Source of the DNA: the human T2T-CHM13v2.0 reference genome, Homo sapiens
Direction: 5' to 3' (one strand)
DNA: 64,000 nt
Assembly (NCBI RefSeq): GCF_009914755.1
Contig: NC_060934.1
Shown here: piece by piece, positions 13,693 through 26,221 of the stretch
How the letters are laid out: each line of letters opens with the position of its first letter
How positions within the stretch are numbered: the first letter of the stretch is position 1
The notes under the pieces: generated by a model
What the model was told of the DNA's origin: nothing
The model's database searches: none
The model's input: the letters and a program-made list of their open reading frames with translations, nothing else
Made by a program: the position numbers and the translations under genes

Positions 13693-15827
13693 ATGGCCTC
13701 TAAATGTTCAAGTTGAAGGAATAGTCGTATGTCTCTCACTTTAAATCAAAAGCTAGAAATAGCTAAGCTTAGCTATTTCGTGTCAATAGCTAGGATAGGC
13801 CTAAAGCGAGGCCTCCTACACCAAACAGTTAGCCAAGTTGTGAATGCAAAGAAAACGTTCTTGAAGGAAATTAAAAGTGCTACTCTAGTGAAAGTACAAA
13901 TGATAAGGAAGCAAGATAGCCTAATTGCTGATAGGGAGAAAGTATCAGTGGTCTGGATATAAGACCACACCAGCCACAACATTCTCTTAACCCAAAGCCT
14001 AATACAGAGTTAAGGCCCTAACTCTCTTCAAATCTTTAAAGGCTGGGAGAGGTGAGGAAGCTGCAGAAGAAAGTTTGAAGCTAGCAGAGGTTGGTTGATG
14101 AGGTTTAAGGAAAGAAGCTGTCTCTGTAACATAAAAATGCAAGATGAAACAGCAAGTGCTGATGTAGAAGCTGCAGCCAGTGATCCAGAAGATCCAGCTA
14201 AAATCATTGGTGAATGTGACTATACTAAAGAGATTTTCAATGTAGATAAAACAGTCTTCTATTGGAAGTATATGCCATCTATGACTTTCCTAGCTAGAGA
14301 AGAGAAGTTGGTGCGTGGCTTCAAAGTTTCAAGGGATAGGCAGTCTCTCTTGTTAGAGGCTAATGCAGCTGATGACTTAAAGTTGAAGCCAATGCTCATT
14401 TACTAATCCCAGGGCCCTTAAGAATTATGCAGAATCTACTCTGCCTGTGCTGTATAAATGGAACAATAAAGCCTTCATGACAGCACATCTGTCTCTAGTA
14501 TGGTTTACTGAATATTTTAAGCCCACAGTTGAGACCTTGGACTAGTCCCTTCTCATACTGATATAAAGAAATGCCTGAAACTGGGTAATTTATAAAGAAA
14601 AGAGGTTTAATGGGTTCACAGTTCCACAGGCTATACACGAAACATGGCAGGGGAGGCCTCAGGAAACTTTCAATCCTGGTAGAAGGGGAAGCAGGCATGT
14701 CTTACGTGGCAGGAGCAGGAAGAAGAGAGAGAAGGGGGAGATGCTACACACTTTTAAACAATTAGATCTCATGAGAACTCACTCCTATTACAAGGAGAGC
14801 AAGAGGGAAATCTGCCCCCATGATCCAATCACCTCCCACCAGGCCCCTCTTCTAACACTGGGGATTACAATTCGACATGACATTAGGTAAGGACACAAAT
14901 CCAAACCATATCAGACCTACTACTCAGAAAAAAAGATTCCTTTCAAAATATTATTGTACATTGAAGATGGCACCTGGTCACTCAAGAGTACTGAGGGAGA
15001 TATACAAGGAGATTAATAATGTTTTCATGACTGCAAACAACATTCATTCTGTAGTCCATGGATCAATGAGTAATTTTGACTTTCAAGTTTTAACACTTAA
15101 GAAATACATTTTGTAGGGCTAGTTGCCATAGATTGTAATTCCTCTGATGAAGCTGGGCAAAGTAAGTTGAAAGCCTTCTGGAAAGGATTTGCCATTCTAG
15201 ATGCTGTTAGGAATATTCGTGATTCATGAGAGAAGGTAAAAATATCAACACTAACAGGAATTTGGAAGAAATTGATTCCAACCCTTATGGATGACTTTGA
15301 GAAGTTCAAGACTTTAGCAGAGGAGCAGATATGGTGGAAACAGCAAGAGAACTAGAATTAGAAGTGGAGCCTGAAGATGTGACTGAATTGTTGCAGTCTC
15401 GTGATAAAACTTGAACAAATGAGGAGATGCTTCTTATGGATGAGCAAATGAAGTGGTTTCATGAGATGAAATTTATTCCTGTTGAAGATTCTGTGAACAT
15501 TGTTGAAATAACAACAAAAATTAAGAATATTACATAAACTTACTTGATAAAGTAGCAGTAGGATTTGAGAAGACTGATTCCAATTTTTAAAGAAGTTCTA
15601 TCGGTAAAATGCTACCAAACAATATCACATGCCACATAAAAATATTTCCCGAAAGGAAGAGTCAGTCAATGCAGTAAACTTCATTGTTGTCTTATTTTCA
15701 GAAATTCCCACAGCCACCCCAACTTGTAGCAACCACCACCCTGATCAGTCAGCAGCCATTAACACTGAGGTAAGACCCTCCACCTGCAAAGAGATTGGGA
15801 CTCACTAAAGGCTCAGATGATCATTAG
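13693..15827 (+). pseudogene. Decayed Tigger1 transposase (TIGD1-like) with frameshifts, stops and an LTR insertion
   Basis: Fragments [48 protein letters not shown]. Confidence 0.88.
14538..14913 (-). mobile_element. MST(A/B) MaLR solo LTR nested in Tigger1
   Basis: Ends ccaaaccatatca. Perfect 5-bp TSD GACCT at 14533-14537 and 14914-14918. The transposase frame (VET|YYSEKKI) rejoins across it. Confidence 0.92.
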
Positions 15828-16109
15828 CATTTTTTGGCAATAAAGGATTTTTTAACTAGGGTATGTAAATTTTACAAAACTGAATGCCACTTCACACTTA
15901 ATATACTACAGTATAGTGTAGGCACAACTTCTGTATGCACTGGGAAACCAAAAAATGTGTGTGACTCACTTTATTGTGACATTCCCTTTATTGAGGTGCT
16001 CTGGAACCAAACCCCCAATATCTCCAAGCTATCCCTATATTTTGTACTTGAGCAGAATTCTTGATTGTTTTTTATTTTCACATTTTATTCAGCTTTGTTG
16101 GCAAGGAGA

Positions 16110-16420
16110 ACATTAATTCATTCACTTTATTTAGTGCCTTCAGTGTGCCAACTTTGTTAAGTGCTGGGGATATAAAGATAAAGATAAATGGGATAGACCT
16201 TGCTCTAAAGGGATGTGTGATCTGATAGATGAAGATGGGTATGTATACAATAACTAAATTGTCAGAGGGGCCATGATACAATCAGGTAGACATATCGTTA
16301 ATACATTAGGGAAGTGGTTAATTATGCCTTTGAGATAGGAATTGGTAGGAAAGTCTCCACTGAGGAAGTGCATCTTGTTGAGTCTTAAAAACGAGAAAAT
16401 TTCTACCAAGTAGGGAGTAT
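16110..16420 (-). mobile_element. L2 3' fragment
   Basis: attcattca...atttagtgcc...gtgcca...gtgctggggata pattern. Confidence 0.6.
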
Positions 16421-16466
16421 GCATACATAAATAGCCTCCACTGATGATTCTTCTTTCCACTACCTC

Positions 16467-16828
16467 TGATATGGTTTGGTTCTGTGTCCCCACCCAAATG
16501 TCACCTTGTAACTCCCATAATTCCCACATATTGTAGGAGGAACCCGGTGGGAGATGATTGAATTGTGAGGGCGAGTCTTTCCCATGCTTTTCTTGTGATA
16601 GTGAATGGGTCTCATGAGATCTGATGGTTTTAAAAATGGGAGTTGCCCTGCACAAGCTCTCTCTTTGCCTGCTGCCATCCACATAAGATGTGACCTGCTC
16701 CTCCTTGCCTTCTGCCATGATTGTGAGGCCTCCCCAGCCATGTGGAACTGTAATGCCAATTAAACCTCTTTCTTTTGTGCCCAGTCTTGGGTATGTTTTA
16801 ATCAGCAGTGTGAAAACAGACTAATACA
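16467..16828 (+). mobile_element. THE1(B/C) MaLR solo LTR
   Basis: tgatatggtttggttctgtgtccccacccaaat...gaaaacagactaataca; TSD acctc/ccctc. Confidence 0.92.
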
Positions 16829-17769
16829 CCCTCCCTTTTTTTGAGGTTCAGATATTGTATGTGGAAATGTCATAGATATTGCCTCCATTTAAGAGTAAGA
16901 ACAAAACTACTGGATATCAAAGCCAAAAGAAAGAAGAAAACATTCAGAAATATGAAGATCTTTGCCAAGAAGAGCAAATTTTTATATTGTTGGTTTGAGC
17001 AATTTACTGTACTCAATTTCTTGGCATTGAAAAAAAAATAGTCAAAGACAGGCTAAGCTTATGTCTGGCTTTGAGATTTTGTAATGTATCATTTCCTCTT
17101 CAGTTTAGCCAATCACAGGCTCCTGTTGAATGTTATTTTAGCCATTTTGCCTTTGGCCTTATAAAATGCAAATTATACTATGCAAAAGCAATTTTAATAT
17201 AGGACTTAAATCCAGATTCCATTTGTTTTCACCAAGTACCCGCTGTAACCAGATAATATTGAACTGTGTGACTGTTGGTAGAATTTTAGCTAGGAATTAA
17301 AATGTGGCAGTAACTGAAAGATATTTAAAGAAGAAATTGAATCACAAATAATGTTGGATTTGGGTAGTGTGGATTTTTGAACGATTTCCTTGAGCATGTA
17401 TTGAAAGATGGGTCTTGGAGTTTTCCTATTGATTTTCAAAAAGAAAATATCAAAGGATTTAATTTTCCTTTTTAATAAAAAAGAAGTATGTAATTTGATA
17501 CCTTATTATTTTAATGAAAGACATATTACAGGTACTAATTATATTCCATTACAACTTGAGCTCCAACTAGCAAGACCTGGCTTTAGAGAAAGGGATTATA
17601 TCTAGATGTTGAGATATGTTATGTTGGACTAAGAATTTAGAATAGTGATTTTTGAATAATGCTGGGCCTTCTGGAAAACATGATAATATATAGATTCTCA
17701 ACAGTTTCTTTCCATCTCCCACCATAAGACTCAGATTCAACTGGTTTGAAAAGAGTCCTGGAAATGTGC

Positions 17770-18063
17770 TTTTTTAAAAAATTAAAACGATATTTGGTAG
17801 ACAGGGTCTTGCTCTGTCATCCAGCCTGGAGTGCAGTGGCATGATCATAGTAGCCTCAAACTCCTGGGCTCAAGTGATCTGGCTGCCTCTGTCTCCCAAG
17901 TAGCTGGGACTACAGGCATGCACAACCATACCTGGCTAATTTTTTAGTACAGACAAAGTCTTGCCATGTTGCCTAGGCTGTTGTCAATTTCCTGGGCTCG
18001 AATGATCCTCCTGCTTCAGCCTCCCAAAGTGTTAGGATTATAGGCATGAGCCACTGCACCAAG
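17770..18063 (-). mobile_element. AluJ (Jo-like)
   Basis: agacagggtcttgctctgtc...ctcctgggctcaagtgatc...gagccactgcacc. Confidence 0.88.
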
Positions 18064-18162
18064 CTGACTTCTGACCTTTAGAACTGCTAAAAAATAAATT
18101 TCTGTTGTTTGAAGTCACCAAATTTCTGGTTATTTGTTACAGCAGCCACAGGAAACTAATAC
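18064..18162 (+). mobile_element. MLT1 LTR 3' fragment
   Basis: gacttctgacc..agaactg..aataaatttctgttgttt..ttgttacagcagccacaggaaactaatac. Confidence 0.78.
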
Positions 18163-18538
18163 TACCTGGTTACCTCCCAAGGCAAAGAAAAAGCTAAACA
18201 ATGTACGAGTGCTTTGTGAACTAAACTGTTATACAAATACGACATCTCTTTATTGGTCACTTTCCACAGGGATTTCTAATACCATGCACACAGCTGTTGT
18301 CATGGATCAGTCTTCATGGAAAAGACTTCAGGGGAGTTCCTGGAGCTTTCCTGTCTGATTGCATACCCTTCTCACTAATCCTTCTCTTTCCAAAACATTT
18401 TCAGTAGTGGTGTGGATATTGCTGACTGTAGCAACCCCAAAGAAAATGAGTTAGAACTACCTTAGCCAGTCTCTTCAATCTGGCAAGGAATTACTCTTCT
18501 CTTTATTACAAGATCCTATGTTAGTTCAGGATATAGAG

Positions 18539-18770
18539 CAGGTATTCTCAACAGCAGCAAGACTGATGTTTGGGACTGGACAATTCTTTGCTATGGGGGT
18601 GACTCTGCACATTGTATGTGTAGCAGCATCCTTGTCCTCTACCCACTAGATGCCAGTAGTACCCTCCCCAGTCATGACAATCATATATTTATCAGAATAA
18701 TGCCAATTTTTCTGAGAAGCAAACTTGTCTGCCCTTCTCCCTTCTAACCAGTTCAAGAATCCCTGATTTA
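18539..18770 (+). mobile_element. MER20 hAT MITE
   Basis: ttctcaac...gacaattctttg...agcagcatcc...ctctacccactagatgccagtag. Confidence 0.78.
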
Positions 18771-18816
18771 GAGGATGACAGGACGTGACTGGCCAAAGAT
18801 TTATCTCGTGTGACTG

Positions 18817-19373
18817 TGTTAGGGAAGCAGGAGTCTAGGAGATCCAGAGTGACACCATTTTAAAATCAACTTCATCTTAATACTGACAAGGCATATTCCT
18901 TCCTGGTCTTGATCAATAGTCCTGACTAGGTCATGACTATGTTTACAGCTAAGGAGAGAGTTGAAAGACACCGGCAAGGAGAAATTTCTACAACAGAAAG
19001 TCCAGGTGTCCCAACACCCATAATAATATATGCTTTCAAGATAATTATAGTTATGCTTTGATGTACTTACACACTAAGATGTCAAGGATAGATTTCTTTA
19101 AATTGATGAAGTACTAAATTTTGTCATGCTATCTGTCCATCCACCTGCAGGCACAGCTTAGTTTAGTCTTTACATAGACAAGATCCCTATATAAGAAAAA
19201 CTTAAAGACAGTCCATTCCTCCTCTTGCTTTCTGAGGACGCCCTACTCTGTAATTAAGTAGCTTTCAATAAATATCCTTTCTCACTGCACTTTGCCATTT
19301 GCCTTGAATTCTTTCCTGTGCAAGATTCAAGCCTCTCTTGGGGTCTGGATCAAGACCCCTCTTTCCGGTAACA
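18817..19373 (+). mobile_element. MER41-family ERV1 solo LTR (MER41D-like)
   Basis: tgttagggaagcagg start, TATAA at ~19189, AATAAA at ~19267, ctcttggggtctggatc...tttccggtaaca end. About 557 bp. Confidence 0.72.
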
Positions 19374-20489
19374 GCTCTCCTCCTGGTAGATAACCCCAGT
19401 CTCCATTCATTCATTAAAATTTGTCCTAGACGTCAACAGAGGACATACTTCCTAGTAGCCTGCTGATTCATCATGAAATTGGTCTTTTTGATAGTTTCAT
19501 CAGTGTTTCTTAAATTACGATCAATATTCCATTTGTGGCAGAATCACTTGAGCTTCTTGTTGACCTGCTGAAAGAGATATCCAGGAATTTCCATTTTACA
19601 TGTTTTGCAGATGATTCTTTTTTTAACTTTCTTTGATAAACACTAGTTTTGATTAACTTCAGATGCCAGGTAGAAGACGTTATGTATTCTACTCTCCTGG
19701 TTCTGAAAACTGATCCCAGTTCTCCCTGACAAAGTCCTCCTTCACACTTGCTGTCAGTTGAACATCTGATTCTGGAGACCCCAGCCTAACTTCTGCCCTC
19801 ATTGATATCTCAGGTTGTCTATCCTCACAGTACTGATGTTTCATCCTTCTCTCCCGTAGCATTGATGTCCTTGGATGTAAGCTCTGATTTCTGTGGATGC
19901 ATTCAGAGCTCTTATGTTTGTCTCTACACAAATGAAACCTTGGCTATTCCTAATGTAGTAACTCTATCAACTCTTCCAGCTTTAACATATTTTTGTGTAC
20001 ATGCCTGCATCCTAAATCTTGGCCTTGTCCTACCTCTTGAGCCCCGGATACAATAGCCTAGAGGGACCAGAAATCTACAGGTATAGGCAGAGAAATGATC
20101 AACTCGAAGGAATTCAGCTCCTTCTTCAACATTCCCCATCTTGGCTGCTCAAAGAAATGTAAACATAATCTTTTCTATCTTTTTCTGCCTTGTCTCTCAC
20201 ACTCTATCAATTATCAAGTCCTGTGGAGTCAACCTCTTAAATATCTCTTGAATCAACCTAATTCTCTCCATCCCAACATGAGGTAATTGAATGTGCTGTT
20301 TCTCCTGCCTTTCAACAAATATGAAATACTATTAGTTGCATAATAGCCCCTCTCACTGGTAGGTTAGCCCGCAATCATGCTTCAATATTTTGTACAGAGA
20401 AAATTTATAATCTGCCATATGCAAGTTAATATGAAGATGCCGTTGATGACACAGAATACTAGAAGCTAGTATACAAAAGCACCAACTTT

Positions 20490-21055
20490 AACTACAGATC
20501 CAACATAATCCCTATCAAAACCCAGCTGGGTTCTTTAAAGACATTGATAAGCTGATCCTAAAATTCATATGAAAATAAAAGAGATCCAGAATAGCCAAAA
20601 TAACTTCAAAAAAAGTTGGAGATCTCATATTTCCAATTACAAAACTTACTACAAACTACAGGAATTGAGACAGTGTGATACTGGCAATAAAGATGACATA
20701 TAAATCAATGTAATGGAATTGAGACTTCAGATGTAAACACATATATCTGTGATCAATTGATTTTTCACAAGGGTGTCAGGATAATTCAGTAAAGAATAAT
20801 CTTTTCAACAAATGGTGCTAGGACAACGGATATCCACAAATGAAAGAATGAAGCTGGACACCTATCTCACACCATACACAAACATTAACTTGAAATGCAT
20901 TACAGACATCCATCAAAGAGCTAAAACTATACTTAGAAGAAAACACAGGAGGTAAATCTTCATAAACTTAGGTTTTACAATGGGTTCAGATATGACACCA
21001 AAAGGACAAGCAACAAAACAAAACAGATAAACTGGATATCATCAAAATTAAAACT
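20490..21055 (+). mobile_element. L1M ORF2 3' fragment
   Basis: ctaaaattcatatg...ttttcaacaaatggtgc...atcaaaattaaaactt. Confidence 0.8.
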
Positions 21056-21240
21056 TTTTTCTTTTCTTTTCTTTTTTTTATGGAGACAGGGTCTCGCTCT
21101 GTCACCCAGGCTGAAGTGCAGTGGTGCAGTCTTGGCTCACTGCAACCTCCACTTTCCAGGTTCAAGTGATTCTTGTGCCTCAGCCTCCTGAGTAGCTGGG
21201 GTTACAGGCATGCACCACTATGCCCAGCTAATTTTTGTAA
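21056..21240 (-). mobile_element. Alu right monomer only
   Basis: T-rich tail followed by gagacagggtctcgctctg...cagctaatttttgta, then the match stops. Confidence 0.85.
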
Positions 21241-21532
21241 ATTTTGTTTTCCTATTTTCTTTCTTGCACATCTTAGTTTTCTTCCTCTCGAATAACTTAA
21301 GTGTATTATTTCTGTGTCTTCTGGCATAAGTTTTGCTGCTGAAAAGCTAATGACAGTCTTATTATTTTTCCTTATAAGTGAGTTGATCTTCTTGCCTGGT
21401 AGCCCAAATAAGTCCTCTTTTTATTTAAAATACAATACTTTTGACTGGAACATGATTCAGGGTTGGCTATTCTGGGTTGATTTTCCTAGTATACAGATTT
21501 ATGTCATCTTTTATTTCATTAAAGTTTTGTTC

Positions 21533-21655
21533 TTTTTTTTTGGTGAGACAGGGTCTCACTCTGTCACCCAGGCTGGAGTGCAACGGCACGATCAGAGCTC
21601 ACTGCAGTCTCAGCCTCCTGGGCTTAAGTGATCATCACACCTCAGCCTCCTGAAT
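21533..21655 (-). mobile_element. Partial AluJ/FLAM-like fragment
   Basis: gagacagggtctcactctgtcacccaggctgg...ctcagcctcctga. Confidence 0.8.
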
Positions 21656-22686
21656 AGAAATTTTTCTTAAGTTACAGTTTTTAGTGTTTGCTCTGTCCCA
21701 TTGCTTTGATTTTCTTTGTCAGGGACTACTATTATACAGAAGCATCCCCACTCCCATGTTCTGTATCTACTATTTTCTCTCAAATCTTTTAAAAAAATCT
21801 TTAATTTCCTTTTCATTGAAAATATTTTTCCTCTTTCCATCTTTTACTTAAGACAGTATCCATTGTGTTTATTTGCTCTTTTGTTTCTTCCAATTTAGTG
21901 TTAATTTATTAATTTAAACTAGTTTAATTCTTTCCTGAGAAAGAATTCTTTATCCTTTCTTTCAAATCTTCATACTTTCCACTCAGATCAGACTATCCAA
22001 TCCTGACTTATTTATTCTTTTATAGCTTCTATCATTAAAAAATGTCTTTTTATTTGTTTGGAAATTTAAGTTACAATTTTAATCTGTTTGGAGGGCATGC
22101 CTTTCTGTCATGTTTTTATTATCTCTAGGGATATCTCCTCCATTATTCAATTTCTTGTTCCCTTTTTTTCATAATTCAACCTCAATCCATTTCTGTTGCT
22201 CGTTTTTAAGTAAAAGTAGATTTCTTTACCAAAGAAATAAAACAAGATGGGCCTATGCTTCTAAGATTTGCTTCTCCCCTTCTTCCTCTTGTGTCTTGGC
22301 CTTCTTCTACTTTTGCCCCTATTTCTTTATCCTCCTTGATTTTATCCTATTGCCAGAAGTTTCTCCTCAATAAAGATTTGACCCAGAAGAGAGCTTTGGC
22401 CTTTTAGTTTTGAGTGTTCACAGGGTCCAGATTGTTTCAGCAACAACAGTCAGAACTTATTGTCATCCATTGCACTTACCTACAAATTGGGTCCTGCAGG
22501 ACTCCCACCTATTTTCAGCCGCTGTTGTCAGATTAGTTTTTTGTGCTTTCCAATGAATATCTGATGGCAAATTTGGGATTCTCCTGGATGCTGTCACCAC
22601 TAGCTTCTATTCCGGAATTTGTACAGATACCTAGTTGTCTAATTTTCTTATGTATATTGTCTATGTGTTTTTGGTTTTGCAATCTA

Positions 22687-22767
22687 TTAGGTTGGTACAA
22701 AAGTAATTGCTGTTTTTGCCATTAAAAGTAAGTGTCAAAAACTGCAATTATTTTTACATCAACCTAA
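22687..22767. mobile_element. MADE1 (Hsmar1 MITE), 81-bp imperfect palindrome
   Basis: TA|ttaggttggtacaaaagtaattgc...gcaattatttttacatcaacctaa|TA. Confidence 0.92.
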
Positions 22768-23110
22768 TAATCGTTCTGTCTGTTTTTTTGAGAGAATGGG
22801 CCAGGATTCAGGGATTTTCATAAAATACACTGCCAAACCTACCGCCACCTTCCATTATTTTTCTTTTTAGGTATATGAATATGTCTTCTTTCCTCGAGCA
22901 GATTTCTTAATTTTTCTAGTTAAGCACAAAACAGTTATTAAAAATAATAACCATTATTGAGTGCTTGCTTCAATAACCATTGTTGAGTGCTGAATGGATT
23001 AAATGTTTCATAAAATGTTCGTTAATCTTTACAAGAACTTTTGGATATAGCTATTTTATACCCATTTAAAAATAAACTGAGGTTTAGAGAAGTAAAATAA
23101 TTGGTTCCAG

Positions 23111-23707
23111 TTTGGAGTAAGCAGATTCTAAAATGGCACCAATAATTCTTGCCTCCTAGTATTCACAGCCTTGTGTAATCCCTTCCCCTCCACTGTGGGC
23201 TGTACCCAGTTACTTACTTCTAATGAGTAGAGTATGGAAAGTGTATGTTATGTCACTTCTGAGATTAGTTCACAAAAAGAATGCAAGTTGGGTACTCACT
23301 CTCTCTTGCTTTCTTGCCAGCTCACTCTGATGGAAGCCAGCTGCTATGTTGTGTGTTGCTCTATGGAGAGACTCAGGTAGAAGGAATTGAAGGAGGCTTT
23401 CGGCCAGCAGTCAGCAAGGTACTGAGGCTTTCAGTCCAAGAGCCTATAAGGAACTGAATCCTACCAGCAACCAAGCAAGTGGCTTGAAAATGGACCCTCT
23501 CTCAGCTGAGTCTTTGAATAAGATCACAGCTCTTATTCAATATGACACCTTGATTGTAGTCTTGTTAGAGATCTTGAGCCAGTGGCACCCAGCTAAGCTG
23601 TACCTGTATTCCTGACCCATAAAACCCCACAGATAATAAATGTTTGTCATTTTAAACTGTGAATTCTTGCAGGTAATTTGTTATGGGGAAAGAGATAACA
23701 AATACAC
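23111..23707 (+). mobile_element. MLT1F-like LTR inserted into a minus-strand MIR (~22950-23790)
   Basis: gcagattctaaaatggc...ttgtgtaatccc...agataataaatgtttg...gataacaaataca. MIR core aaactgaggtttagaga on the left resumes on the right. Confidence 0.75.
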
Positions 23708-25600
23708 AGATCATATAAATAAAGTGGCTCAGTTGGCCTGGAACTCAGGGGATCTGATTCCAGGGTCTGTATTCTTTATCTCTGTGCAATGAAGACTTTG
23801 ATTAGCCTGCACTTTTATAAGCTACTATTTCCACCACGTTGAATTTGATAGTCTTTCAGTTCTTCTTTGATTCTATTTGTTCTTCTTTGAAAGAACCTTT
23901 TCTAACCAGAAACAACCTGTTGCTGAAATGAGGTATTATTTTCCAAGTAGGCAATTTCTTTGAGTCATGGAAATTTAGGGTTAGAAGGAACTTAAAAATT
24001 CACATAGTCCAAATCAACCTTTTCCCAATTTTTACAGATGGGAAATTAGACCCAACAAAATTAAGAGCCTGGTCTAAAGTTACACAATTAGTGAAAGAAT
24101 GAAGATTAAAATTCAGGTCTTCTAATATCCAGTTTAGAACCGATTGACAGCTCTACATGGCCCTAGCTCACTACCACATTGTGGACCTGGAGTAGCTTCA
24201 ATTTGATTCCTATTCATTTTAGCTGTACAAAAACATAAGAATCTTGAAGGGAACAGCTGACCAGGATATTTATTTCCTTTGCTCTGAGGCTCACCTGCCC
24301 TGAAAAGAAGGGTCAACAGCCTGTGTCCAGTTGAATGACTGTTCATCTTCCAGTCCCTTAACCACAGCTCAGGATCCAACATGGCAATGAAGTTTCATAT
24401 TGAGAGCCAACTCCAAATGATTTGTCTTGGCTGTTTGGACTGCTTATTGAGAAGCATTTCCTGAGCTGGAATGGAAGAGAGCTGTGATCAGCTAGTAATG
24501 TCAGCCATAAGAGGAGGTTGGGGGTGTGGTGGAGTGCATGCCATATATTTGCCCACTGGGATTTCTGTGGATTTTGGTCCGACTCCTTCCTTTGATGACC
24601 CACTCTCTTCCTGTTATGACCCATTCTTCCCACACAAGTTGCCCAGGAAGGCTCACTCTCAAGGCTCCCTTGGCCCTAATTTCTGGAATCTTTTTCTCAT
24701 TTGATGTGAGATTTAGCACACAAGTGGCATTGGTGGAATTTACCTTGTAACTGAGTGTGGTGTTAGAAACAGAGCCAGTTCTCAAATCCTTGTGTGTTGG
24801 ATGCTTGTATGGCTTTGTAGTCTTTGTTTCTGGCTAGACCCAAAAATCACATTGCCAGCAGACTGTCAGTACATCAAATAAATAAATAAATAAATAATGC
24901 AGGGAGGTACAACTTTGCACATGCTTACTCTGTTGTCTTTTACAAAAACATTCCATCTTTCTCAGTCCCAGGGGGTCATGAGAATAAATTTACATGTGAG
25001 TGTTAGTCCAGAAGTAAAAGACAGGGTAAAATGCTGATGCTGTAGATCAAAAGCACAATTAACATGTACCTTGAAATCTGGACAACTGAAAGAGCTATGG
25101 GGGGGTGGGGGGCTCAAATATCTCCATGGGTGGTAATTTCAACATTGTAGTATTGTTGTCTTTTTACCCTCTTTTTGGCAGAGTTCTATGTTAGGCAATG
25201 TTAGAATTCAAATAAGTGACTGGAAAGTGTTCATTTCCTTCTTTTATTCTTCTGCCTGCTTTTCAACTTTCTTCTTCCATATTCATCCATTTTATTTTCT
25301 TTTAGATGACCCAAATATTCCTCTATTATTACTTTTCAGCATTGAAGTGCTGAAGACCTCAATGAAAATGTTTCACTTTTCACAATATTTTTAATCAGAA
25401 GCTTATTTTATTGAAATAGTAAGAGAATTCAAGAACCCCCTCTGTTATCTAAATTTTCTTGCCCTTGCCTTCTGGAAAACACAAAACCCCTCCTCTTTTA
25501 ATGGGAAAGCAACACAAACCTGAACATGACTTGATGCTTTGAGCTGTGTAATTTGAATAAGTCACTGTCTCTATATGCCTCATTTGTACCCCAGGGATAA

Positions 25601-25604
<4 letters not shown>

Positions 25605-25652
<48 letters not shown>

Positions 25653-25688
25653 CAGACAGAGAGAGAAAGAAAGAGAGAAAGAGAGAGT
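25605..25688 (+). repeat. (TG)n followed by a GA-rich compound microsatellite
   Basis: About 23 TG units, then gacagacagagagagaaagaaagagag. Confidence 0.95.
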
Positions 25689-25961
25689 GGAATGAGATCA
25701 GCAGTTTGAGCCCCTTTGAAACCCTGAGATTATGGGAAGGAGAAGATGAGCTAGTGAGAATTCCCCATCCTTCTTCAACCAGAGCCACTGTTACTAGTTT
25801 TGTGTAACGGCTTTCTGCGTTAGAGTTAATTTGAAAGACAGTTTCTATTTTTTAAATGTGAAAACTACGTGAATCCATGAGCCTTAGGTTCCTTCTACCT
25901 CTAACATTTTACACTACCTACATGTAATCAGATGGTTCCAGGTTTACGAATGTTGTCTCTT

Positions 25962-26221
25962 CCTGTGTGCATGTGTTCTCATTGTTCAGTTCCCACCTAT
26001 GAGTGAGAACATGTGGTGTTTGGTTTTTTGTCCTTGCGATAGTTTGCTGAGAATGATGGTTTCCAGCTTCAGAGGGGGGAGGGATAGCATTAGGAGATAT
26101 ACCTAATGCTAAATGATGAGTTAATGGGTGCAGCACACCAACATGGCACATGTATACATATGTAACAAACCTTCACGTTGTGCACATGTACCCTAAAACT
26201 TAAAGTATAATATAAAAAAAA
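25962..26221 (+). mobile_element. Short 5'-inverted L1PA(3/4-like) 3'-end insertion
   Basis: Inverted part 25962-26070, sense part 26071-26221 with A-tail. 14-bp TSD gaatgttgtctctt at 25948-25961 and 26222-26235. Confidence 0.92.

Larger units (their letters stand above)
13281..16037 (+). mobile_element. Full-length Tigger1 (pogo-like) DNA transposon
   Basis: TA-flanked caggcatac start and degenerate 3' TIR. About 2.4 kb after removing the nested LTR. Confidence 0.93.

Noticed and set aside
16254-16759. 154-aa and 99-aa minus-strand ORFs
   Set aside because: Chance frames through the THE1 LTR and L2 remnants.
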